Origin: Azolla caroliniana
Lineage: Eukaryota > Plantae > Polypodiophyta
Direction: 5' to 3'
Assembly (NCBI GenBank): GCA_043228905.1
Contig: JBHGNT010000001.1
Location: 33,666,001-33,730,000, forward strand
Length of the DNA stretch: 64,000 nucleotides
This document shows, one piece after another, positions 54,101 to 64,000 of the stretch; positions within the stretch are counted from its first letter, which is position 1, and every line of letters starts with the position of its first letter. Under the pieces are notes generated by a model. That model was not told the origin of the DNA. It saw only the letters and a list, made by a program, of their open reading frames with translations, and did no database searches. Both the position numbers and the translations under genes were made by a program.

Positions 54101-57100
54101 GAATAATTTGATCTCCGAAGCATACTCAAATGTCTCCATCTCTACTTTTTGTCTACAGATAATGGTATTGAATATTAAGTCATGCTCAGATAGATATATG
54201 GGACATAGACTGTTGTACATGGGGATTTTGTTCTCGTTTCTCTAGAATGTAAAATTGCCTATAATTGGTCTTTGCATTAGACTGTAATGCACAGTAGGAT
54301 GCATGCATTCACATCTCTCTTGAAGAGGGGTTTCATTTGTAAGACGTGGAGAGCATTTTCTGATAAAAAATAGAGCCTATTTACGTGCATCTTTCAGGTA
54401 AGAGTTAGTTTGGAATGCTGATGCATGATTTTAAGCATTCATTCAAACCTGTATAATGAACAAATATTTTTTGATGTTAATTTCAATCTTATTTGTTTGT
54501 CTGGAAATTTGAGATATCTTTATTGTGCTTTACAGGTTTGCATTGATCAAGAAACACTTTTTGTAGACACAGTTTCATGGGAGGCTCGTTTGCAGGCAGC
54601 TATTTCTAGGAATGACGGGGTTGAAGTTTCTTTTTTGCTTGATTCTATTCCTGATTCTGTGCTATCTGAGGGTGAACTACGGGTTCGCTTAGACTGTCCG
54701 GATTCACCTGTAGTAGATTATGACCATGAAACAAGGGCTGAAAAAATATCTCAAGATGGATCGTCTGGCTTAGATCTTGATGCTGTTGAAACTGTCATAC
54801 CGAGTGTAAGATTTCTATCTGTGGAATTGGGAACTGCTTGCACAAGCTGGATTTCTCAGATGATTGAAGAAAAGGTAGCAAAAAGCTACATTTTTTTACG
54901 TAGCTATTGGCATGGTACTACACAGTTGATATCACTGCTTGCTAGAGCTGGGATGCTGTGTGATAATTCTGATAAAGGCTTTCTAGGCAGATTGCAAAAC
55001 AAAGCAAAGAAAAATAAAGAAACTGAACAAGCAATCCATGAACTGGTTCTGCGTCACTGTGCGCGACATACTTTGCCTAATTTTATGGGAATTTACCTGG
55101 ATCATCACTCCCTGGCTCTTGACACAATGTCATCAGTTGTAATGCAGGCTGTTGTGGTAATTATTTTCAGTCTGAGATTTAAGCACCCATGTAATTTTTT
55201 TACTTAGTAAAGGCTTAGACTATTATTTTTCCTTTATTATCAGATACTTCAATATTTCCAGTTTTATTTACTTGTTTTAAAGTTTAAATGGAAATTGTCA
55301 TTATTAGGGATATTTCCAACATTGGGCCTTATGGCTACTATCCTCTCGAACAAAGGGCAGTGAATATGAGATGTCTTTTGCCAATGCTCGCACAATCCTT
55401 GCTCACAATTTTAAGCCAGGGCATTTAGCTTTTACAACAGAAATTGAGGATTTTATTGTAACTGTTGATGATATGGCTATGACCGGAGGAGAGATGATGG
55501 CTCTTTCTACTCTAATGTATGCACCAATGCAATTAGAAAAATGCCTATGCACTGGGAGTGTCACTCGATGTGATGGATCCTCATGGAAGTGTACCCTAGA
55601 GAATCTTCAACCCATGTTGCAACAATATCCCACTCTATGGAGAACTTTATTAGCTGTTTGCCTTACTCCAAATACTTGGTGGTTTACTAGTTTGCATAAA
55701 AAGTCTGGTAATGACAGGTTTTCTTTGGAGCATTAAAATCTATTTTCTGGCAGTTACCTTTAGTGACTAATACTTATCGATAATGTTATAGCTGCTTCCA
55801 TGAGGACACAACCAGGAGTTCCTGGGTATCTGCAGTGGCGTGAGAAGATATTCTCTTCTGCTTGTGGTGATACCTCACTTCTTGAAATGATGCCTCATTG
55901 GTTTCCCAAGGGTGTTAGACAGTTGATTCGGCTAACTATTCAGGTGGGGCTTTAGCAATGCTCCATTTTAACTCTGTTCTAACTTGTTGACATACTGAAT
56001 TTTAATTTGCTGATTGGCAGGGTCCTGTGGGTAGTGGGCAATCAGCCTTTCAAGGTTGGGATGAAAATACGGCTCCCTATTCGAGAATAATAATGAATGA
56101 AAATGATCCTATTGCATGGGAGAATATCATCCGAAAGTGCATTGAAGATGAACTCTATGCATCTTCGAAATTAGAGGTAGGTATTGTGTTATATCTTCAT
56201 ATAGAAGTCCCTTGGCTTAGTATTTCGTATATATGCTTGTTGTTCATATGGAGTTCTCTTATAAAACCACTGTTAGTTGATTAATCAAAAAGTTTTCTTC
56301 AATGATGATGTAATCACAGGATAAAGCAGTGGGGATAGATCATCATCTTGAAAGGGGCCGTGCACTGGCAGCATTTAATTCACTTCTTGCTTTGAGACTA
56401 CAAAACTTCAATGTTCAAGGATCTATGATTCGTGAGCATGTTGGGAAGTTCCAAAGAGGACAACTACATATGTCATCTGAATTACATGCCGTGTTATCTC
56501 CTTTGTCACATGAAGAAAAATATCTTACTAATGTGAGTAAGAGTACGTTTAGGTTTTTTTATAAGTTTAGTTGTTTTACAAATGAAAAAAAAGAAAGAAT
56601 GCCGAATTTTGTTTAAAATGCTATTAAAAACTTTATGCTCATTCCACTATTGGGCTGAAATGTGAATTTATGCTACACCCTTGATATATGGATGACCATC
56701 TGTCTTATGAGTTAAGATGCACCATTAGACAGATCCATACTTCATCACATCAGTTGGAGATAGAGATAGGTAGGTATAGAAATGTGCCTCCCAAATGGAG
56801 GATATGTCTGTTATTCCATACAGAGATATAGTCTGAAGAGCACTACATTTACCATGGCAGAATTTACCATTAGATTTAAATGACTCTTCCACTGCAGACG
56901 CCAGACTTTTTCAGAATTCAGTGACAAGAAATGTCTGCTTGTAGAGGGATCTTGTATGGCCTAGCAGTTCATTTTTGTTACTCCAAATGACAGGGGATAT
57001 GAAGATTAAATTTATTACATTTGGTGGTTACACAGTATCATTGCCTTAGCTTGACCAAGCATTCATGGTGGTGTCAATAGGACATCCTATGAGAATGTTC

Positions 57101-60100
57101 AGGGGCATTTGAACTCTTATTCTTCTAGACGTATATTTATTTTACACATTGTATCCTCTGCATTAGTTGCACATATGGTTCCCATATCATTGTACTCTGA
57201 TCACAACCTAGTTACCTAGGGAAGCTGCCTAATTTAGGTATTTTTACTTTTTTCTACGAAACATCTGTACAATTCACATGGATGTAACTTTTGGTCTCAT
57301 ATGCATTTTTTATCTCATTTTGGTTCATTTTATTTCTCTAAACATTCTTTGGGCTCCATGTGGATGAGAAATTGGACTGTAATGTGAGAAAGAAAGAAGG
57401 AAGAAAAATACATTAGGTGAAGATGTCCTGCATCTTAAATTTTTGTCATATATTTCAGAAGAATAAATTAAATCAATATTTTCTAAATTACTAAAATTGC
57501 TTTGCCTATGAAAGATCGCCTACACCTATCCAATATCTAATCACAACCTAGTTACATAGGGCAGCTATGTAGTTTAGGTGCAGTTCAGATGGATGAAACA
57601 TTTGTCTCATAGGCCACTTTGACCTTGTGGAAGGATTAATATAACATTTCGTTCGTAGCTCTTCAAAGTTTTCTACGAGATAGAATAAAAAAGTCAACTA
57701 GTTTTTCAGTAGTAATTGTTCTTGTTCAATACGTCATAGCTACAATTTCTTTAATCCATCACCTTCCAAGCTACAATTCAAATTAGCTTCTCTAAACTCA
57801 GCCTTATCAAATATCCATTCTTACATTATATGTTCCATGGACTCATACTTCTGCTTTGTGTTTTGAAAATGTGTAGAGCCTGAAAGAATCTTAGAATCGT
57901 CAATTAATTTAACTGGTGAATCACCATGTTATGGCAGCTATTTAAACATTTGTGGTCTTCTGTGATTTTATAGTGACTTATTATTGTACATATTCATTAT
58001 TGAAAATCTAGTATTAACAAAATGTTTCTCACATCTGCATACAACTGATAGCACATCTTTTGATGTGTATTGCTAGCAAATTGTTGTGGAAATAGTTTGT
58101 TGAAATAGTTTGAGAAACGTCCTACTGTTCTTTTATAGCTAATTCTGAAGTCAAGGTGAAGGATGGTGTGGGTCTTTCCTCTATGTAAGACAGTGTTGAA
58201 GGTTTAACTGGTGCTCATAACTGGTCCTGAGCAAAAGAAATCCTATAACAGATTTATGAACCTTTTCTAGTAAATGATTCTTACAGGGAATATAATGTGT
58301 GTTAAAAATAAATTGTAATTTCTCTATAAATATGAAAAAGTGTTATGAGAATGCAATTGCTACAGTGCTAATTCTTAAATAAAGGTGAAGAATGATGTGG
58401 GTCTTTCCTACTGAGCGCAAGAAATCCTATAAAAGTTTTGTGAACTTTTTCTAGTAAATGAGTTTTGCCTGGAAAATAGTTTGTGTTAAAAATAAATTTT
58501 AATCTCTCTTATAAATATGAAAAAGTGAAGGATGATGTGGGTCTTTCCTCGATGTAAGAAAGTGTTGAAGGTTTAACTGGTACTGAGCAAAAGAAATCCT
58601 ATTAAAGATTCGTGAACTTTTTCTACCAAATGATTCTTGAAGGAAAAATAGTAAAAATAAAATTTAATTCCCATAGTAGTATTTTAGAATTTCTGAAGTG
58701 AAAAGTTTACAACGATTATAGAAAAGATTCGAAACGTCATTATGTTTCAAACAGATTGCACCATGTCCTAGGCATTTAATGCTGTGCTGAAATGAATCTC
58801 ATTGGCATTTGTTTTTTCAAACAATTTTGTTCTGGGTCATGATTAATTTCTCTCCTTAAATGCTCATATTGATAGGTTCTGCCACTTGCCATAATGAACT
58901 TCGAAAATCCAGTAGTGGTGGCAGCTGCTTCTAGTTTCCTAGAACTGTGCGGTTTCCCAGCTATGATGCTCCGAGTTGATGTTGCAGTTTTGTCCCGAAT
59001 CAGTTTCTTTTGCAAATTCAAGAGTTCAGCAGATATCCATGGGGATTCCTCAATTATGTTTGAAAATGATCTTGCTGGTTCACTGGCCAGAGTACTTGCA
59101 GATGAATATAGAGAAGCTGGAGTAGCTGTTTTACTGCCCAAGAAAATAAATATGGATTCAAAAGGGAAACCATCTAAAATACTGCTGACCATACTCCAGA
59201 TTTTGGAGAAAGCAAGTCTTATGGAAGCAGTGGAAAATGATGCCAGTCCGGGTGCTTGGCTCTTCAATGGTATGGAGAATGGGTCGGAACTTAGGCGTCA
59301 GCAATGGGAATCTAGTGAAAGATGGAGTTTAGTGACCACATTTTGCAATGTGCATCAACTTCCTGTCAGTACTGCATACTTGACGGTGCTTGCAAAGGAC
59401 AATGACTGGGTATACAAACTGTCTCTTAATCTCACTTTTGTAGAAAATATGGTAAAGCCATTGCTTTACCTCATTAGATCCTTGTATGCAATTTTATATA
59501 AGAGTGAATAAATTCATTTGTGTAATAATAAATGATTTCATTGTAGATTTCATGAGTAATAAGCTATGCATCTAGCTTATAAAATGTATTTAAGTTGGAG
59601 GGTATGAATCTAGCTTATAAAATGTATTCAATGTTTTTTCTTGAGTGCAGGTTGGATTCCTTGCTGAAGCTCAGACAGAAGGGTGCCCATTAGAAGTAGT
59701 AATCTCTGTGGTAATAATTGAAATTATCACACCTTACTTATGATGAAAATTTAAAGTTTTTTTTCCTTATCCTTTCAATTTTCTTGTGAAGTCCAAGGAC
59801 ACTCTTTGATGTACTTGATGCAGGCATCACGGGAATTTACAGATTCTAGATTGCGGAGTCACATTTTGACAGTCCTCAAAACTCTCCAAACAGCTTGGCA
59901 GAAGGCACCAACCACTGAAGCTGCTGCCGCTAATGAACCTTTGGAGCATGAAACTAAAAACATAGCAACCCCATCTGAGCTATTTCAAATTCTTGCCAAT
60001 TGTGAACAGAAGAAATGTCCTGGAACTGCATTATTGGCAAAATCAAAGGATATGCGTTGGCCATTGCTTGCTGTGGTATCATCTTGTTTCACCGACGTCA

Positions 60101-62811
60101 CTCCTATAGCTTGCTTGACAGTATGGTTGGAAATTACTGCTGCCAGGTATTATTTTCCTACTAAAGAATAGAAATTGGGATTCAAAATAAGCTTTGCAGA
60201 AAAGTATAATCATATCTTGCAATTGCAAGTACTCTTTAAGTATTATTGTTGAAAGAAAAAGGTAGGAAAATGGAAATTAAATTCTCTGTATTTATTGAAA
60301 TTGTATAAATCAAAATTTGTCCATAAACTGTACATGGGGGTTCTATTAACTTGGATATCTTCATGCTGAAATGCTGGTCTATTCTGAAGGTGGAATTCTG
60401 AATGCTGTAGTTCATAGTTTGCCAATTGTTCAAGAAATATGGCCTTGAAATAAAATGTTACATTAATGTCTTCACAGGGCCAAAGTGACATCTGAGGAAA
60501 TTTTGGATGTTTCTCAAATGAGATCTTATATTAGAAATGATCTCTTCTGACATAAATAAAGGGCAGTAACTTCACATAACTGAATTCATCCACAATAAAG
60601 TGTAAATAAGTGTAATTATCTACGTGACAATATAGCAACGAAGAAACAAAAATAGCAGTAAAGAACACAAGAATGGAGCAACAAAGCAGACTGCCAAATA
60701 GCCCCCCCCCGCACATCTGATCAAAGCAAACTGTCAATGTGACCCTCTGCCAACTAAGGAGAGTGGTAAGATGAAATCAGATAGTATATAGCATATGGTT
60801 TGCACTCGATCACACAAGGTGTAAATCTAGATAAGAACTTCCAAACCTTAAACTGAGGATTGAAAATAGGTGAAGGTGCAAGTCTGTATAGGAGCAGATG
60901 CAGAATCCTGTAACCATGGCGGAAGAACTTATGTGCTCATGATGGAAGAACTTATGTGCTCAAAAAATCCAAGGGGATATGAAAGTGCAAGTCTGTATAG
61001 GAGCAGATGCAGAATCCTGTAACCATTGACAGAAAACAAGGGGCACAAGATAAAATTCTCGACACTTGAAAGTGTGTCAAAAGAGTTCCTCTTGAGTAAA
61101 GTCGAACAGTCAAGATGGAACTTAATTAGAGCATTCTTGAATGTTTGTCTGAGATGGAGAGATTTTTTAATAAGAGCCAATGTGGTAACAATAACATCAC
61201 TTGTCCACAGCTAGATTCATTAAGAAGGATGATATTAAACTAGAAATAAACCTCTGTTTGAGTGGCTGTTCATAACTATGTTTCAGCTACAGAAGGTGAC
61301 AACTGAAGCCTGAAATCTTGTTAAATACAGGGTAATAAAATATAGGGTACTAAAGAATCTTGTTAAAAATCACTTAAGAGTCTGAACTTAAATAGACTGA
61401 AACTTCTGCCTTCAAAAGATCTCCAACGTGAGCTTTTCGTAGTGAACTTTCTAAATCTGTGTAGGAAATGATTTTGTTCTCATGGATAACCAGAATAAGG
61501 TGAGTAGTGATATGCTAAAATAAATGTGATTGAACATGGACTCCATATGAAGTTGAGTAATATGCTAAAATGAAATCGTATTCCTAATTCAACAGGAACT
61601 CTATTTTATATTGACTGATATGCTAAAATAAATGTGATTATAATGAGCTATATATTTGTTCTAGTGTAAATTTGTCATTTTTTTCATTTCTAAGCAGACC
61701 TCACGAATGAAAATGAATGATGCTGATATATTAAAATAAAATATGTGATCATGGCAAGCTGTGTGTTTCTTCTGATGTAAATTTATCATTTTTTTTATTT
61801 CTAGGGAGACCTCGTCAATCAAAGTGAGTGATGCTGCAGCACATATCACTGCTTGTGTTGGAGCTGCTGTTGAAGCAACTAATGGCTTAACAGCTAATTT
61901 TCGCGGTGTAGATTTCCAATATAACCGAAGGAGCCCTAAAAGAAGACGCCTTCAGTCGGCCGAAGGAGGCAGTGCAGATGTTGGAAATGTGCCAGTTAGA
62001 CCAGAAGGACAAAAACAGATTCCATTGGATGCCAATATTGGGATGAAAGCAGATGTCAGAAAGAATAGTTCAGATTTCAGCCAGAAAATGCAAAATGCAA
62101 ATGGAGCTTTTCGGAATAATGCCCTTGAAGAACAAGAATCCTTATCCAAAATGGTAGTTGTATTTTGTGAACAACAACAGTTTTTTCTTCTTCTGAAGGG
62201 CTTCGATGTGTTTATTCCTTCTTCTTCTTTGCTTCCATTTATTCGTTTTCTTCAGGTACAAAATCTCAACTAAAGTTTGCGTCAAACTTGTTAGTTTTGG
62301 TAAACTTATAAGTGGGACTAAAAGTTACTAATCTATGAAACAGGCGTTCTCTCAAATGAGGCTCTCAGAAGCTTCCACTCACCTCGCATTGTTTTCTGCT
62401 CGTGTAAAAGAAGATTACCACCAGGCTCACTATATTCCAAATAGAAGTGGCAAGACATCAACAGCAGCTTGGATAAGTGTGTCTGCAGTTACTGCAGCTG
62501 ATACGATTCTAGCATCTTGTCCCTCTCCATATGAACAGCGTTGCCTTTTAGAACTTCTTTCCAGTGCAGATTTTGGAGATGGAGGTGCTGCTGCCACACG
62601 TTTTCGTCGACTTTACCAAAAAATTCAGCTCGCTGAACCTGCTCTTCAAAAAGGTTTGAAGTCTATGGTGTATGGTGCCAACCTTGATGATGATGCATTG
62701 TTGCTGGCATTAGAAAGTCAGGGGAAATGGGAACAAGCTCGTAGCTGGGCTCAACAGCTGGAACCTACTGGACGAAATGCTAAAGCAATGCATCATGTAA
62801 CAGAAGCACAG
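42124..62811 (+). CDS. SPG11: Spatacsin (SPG11) homologue, AP-5 accessory protein; 5' part, continues beyond window
   Basis: 17 in-phase GT-AG exons (6885 nt, 2295 aa): 42124-44323, 45009-45084, 45499-45621, 47575-47812, 47891-48271, 48623-48808, 48909-49211, 54536-55156, 55308-55707, 55792-55943, 56021-56176, 56320-56532, 58876-59409, 59651-59710, 59824-60146, 61805-62255, 62344-62811. Plant spatacsin motifs: ENGW..VRLRRLQLALDY, GRLPLAVVQLH, CTLENLQP.LQQYPTLWRTL, LAKDNDWVGFLAEAQ, CLTVWLEITAARETS, DFGDGG. Confidence 0.92.
46365..46500 (+). mobile_element. LINE RT fragment in an SPG11 intron
   Basis: DKDLLANLDKTKLMVFNTTKALVTRPEAEFLLEEEKVAHT aligns with TDKGLSINMDKTKVMVFNNTQAWVTRSEP/FLKEEKVEYT at 52600-52740. 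Confidence 0.8.
49526..50312 (-). mobile_element. Solo-LTR-like element (787 bp) with internal short repeats and a tRNA-like segment
   Basis: Termini TGTCGTG...CACGATA (inverted repeat, 1 mismatch); flanks ATGC/CTGC; minus-strand CCTATAAAT at 50049-50041; GAGTCGAA(A)GGCTC repeats at 49615-49790; Pol III-like A/B boxes at 50135-50205. Confidence 0.6.
50135..50205 (-). promoter_or_regulatory. tRNA-derived Pol III-like A-box/B-box segment (not an intact tRNA)
   Basis: Minus strand reads GGTGAA-TGGCATAGTGG(A box, 50199-50189)-TTAGAGCCATTGACCTTGTACTATATGTGCAAA-GTTCAAATC(B box, 50155-50147)-TCTGCAGCACGG, with 33-nt spacing. The acceptor stem does not pair. Confidence 0.6.
50375..50609. repeat. 118-bp tandem duplication
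   Basis: 50375-50492 vs 50493-50609. The core AGACATTAATGCAGGGA also occurs at ~49440-49500 on the other side of the solo-LTR-like insertion. Confidence 0.9.
51400..53790 (+). mobile_element. 5'-truncated, inactivated non-LTR retrotransposon (LINE; RT plus C-terminal Cys/His domain) in an SPG11 intron
   Basis: Consecutive ORF pieces: GKAQDHDG, NYRTI, AGFRKG.TTLDH, DFRKAFDTV, GVKQGYPLSP, LLYADD, YTYLG, LRTSSHQLQIEVGRY...RICQLC..VESEEHYVCHC. Disrupted by stops and frameshifts, including a 17-bp tandem duplication at 52153-52186. No endonuclease part; boundaries are approximate. Confidence 0.93.
56670..56860 (+). mobile_element. Older LINE 3'-end fragment of the same family
   Basis: YMDDHLSYELRCTIRQIHTSSHQLEIEIGRYRNVP..RIC...SEEHYI matches YMDIHLSYVLHSVIGQLRTSSHQLQIEVGRY at 53445-53610. 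Confidence 0.85.
58135..58700. repeat. Three diverged tandem copies (~140-230 bp) in an SPG11 intron
   Basis: GTGAAG(G/A)ATG(A/G)TGTGGGTCTTTCCT...CTGAGC(A/G)(A/C)AAGAAATCCTAT...TGAAC(C/T)TTTTCTA recurs at 58156, 58385 and 58525. Confidence 0.85.
60875..61026. repeat. Nested short direct repeats
   Basis: GTGCAAGTCTGTATAGGAGCAGATGCAGAATCCTGTAACCAT at ~60876 and ~60985; GGAAGAACTTATGTGCTCA occurs twice between them. Confidence 0.85.
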
Positions 62812-64000
62812 GTTTGTGTAATGCCCTCTTTTGCTGGAGATCCATGGTTTAATGCATGAAAAGATCAGATACGTCAGGCTTCATTTTCATGCATATGCTC
62901 CAATACTAATTTGAAATTTTTATTTACAATTGAAGATTTAACGTAGAATGAGTGAAATCTGAGGCCAAAACAATGTGATGTCATGACCCAATTTAGAATT
63001 GGGAATATAAGACCTATGAACTTGTGTTTTGGACGAAGTGTTATGATAATCGATGTTTGATATGCTACAGTATGAAATCCTAAGTTTGAAGAGGGAGTTT
63101 TGCATTGATACCTGCCACTTAAAGACATAGGATTGGAGGGGATATTTGTAGAGATTACATGGATCTCTATGTGTTATTAAGGACATGCATATCATAGACT
63201 CAAAAACAAATTCTTTATATGGTTTAAGAGCGTTAATAATGTTACCCTCTCAGAGGGATTCAGGGTTGATTCATACAATTTCAGGTTTCACTAGAATCCA
63301 ACCTTGTACGTGAGAACCCAACAACGTTTTGCAAAGGTCATCAACATGTGCCTAACAATGATCTTAATAGACATTGCACCGCCTACTACAAAAATAAGCT
63401 TGTACATGATAAGGATACCAGAGATGATCCTTACGTACTCATGTTATGTGCATAACCATAACTGATCATGAGATAGGTTTTCTGTAGCTTTCCCTAATCA
63501 TATGATGAGTACATGTGGGTTAATTCGGAAAGGAATGAGACTATGAATTGAATTACAATTCTACAATGTTAGATGACTATTATGTGTGTTATCACTTGAT
63601 TGCGTCACATGAAGTAGTCAAGTATGTGAACACTCTATGGGTCTAGGGTTTTTGCCTATCTAAGAAGGCCAACCACCTTCTTATCAAGGAAGATTGACCT
63701 ATGTCTAGACTATTTCAGTGTGGCTATTGCTCTTATTAGCTAAGCACAGGCACTCCTCACAGAACCCGAGGTATGACTTGCATCAACAGAATGATATGGG
63801 ACATAGAGGAGTTTTGGGTTAGTCTCATGCCATTGTTAGAGGGTGGTTGGGTTTGTCTCTTTAGTACTTCTGGATATAATGAAACATAATGATGCCATCG
63901 TGGCTTTACATTGTTACAGACTGTTAAATTCACCTGAGAAATGAGCAAAACTCATATTATTATGGGGAGCATTGATCATCCATTTTCTTGATATACAGCA

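Noticed and set aside
58776-59267. 163-aa antisense ORF and similar antisense ORFs over exons
   Set aside because: These are shadow frames of real SPG11, MAG2 and NOA1 exons.
20880-62811. Endomembrane 'gene cluster' (MAG2, CYP21-4, SPG11)
   Set aside because: The genes are interspersed with unrelated genes and act in different trafficking steps; nothing suggests more than chance adjacency.

Overview
This is eukaryotic land-plant nuclear DNA. A seed-free plant such as a fern is inferred from divergent orthologues, GA/CA microsatellites and the LINE type; the taxon is not proven. Seven protein-coding genes can be built from the sequence, six of them spliced with GT-AG introns: the 5' end of an NADPH-cytochrome P450 reductase (-), a complete 12-exon NOA1/RIF1 cGTPase (-), a 3-exon RINT1/MAG2-like tether (+), a CYP21-4-type cyclophilin (-, one exon unresolved), an intronless MAKR/BKI1-family gene (-), a 2-exon mitochondrial ribosomal protein mS33 (-) and the first 17 coding exons (~2295 aa) of spatacsin/SPG11 (+, runs off the window). 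Introns and intergenic DNA hold a 5'-truncated LINE with older fragments of the same family, two solo-LTR-like elements (one carrying a tRNA-like Pol III A/B-box segment), minisatellites, and many 100-230 bp tandem duplications, two of which copy coding/splice or stop-codon sequence. No rRNA, intact tRNA or CRISPR array was seen. I found no clearly new biological system; the best leads are listed as findings.
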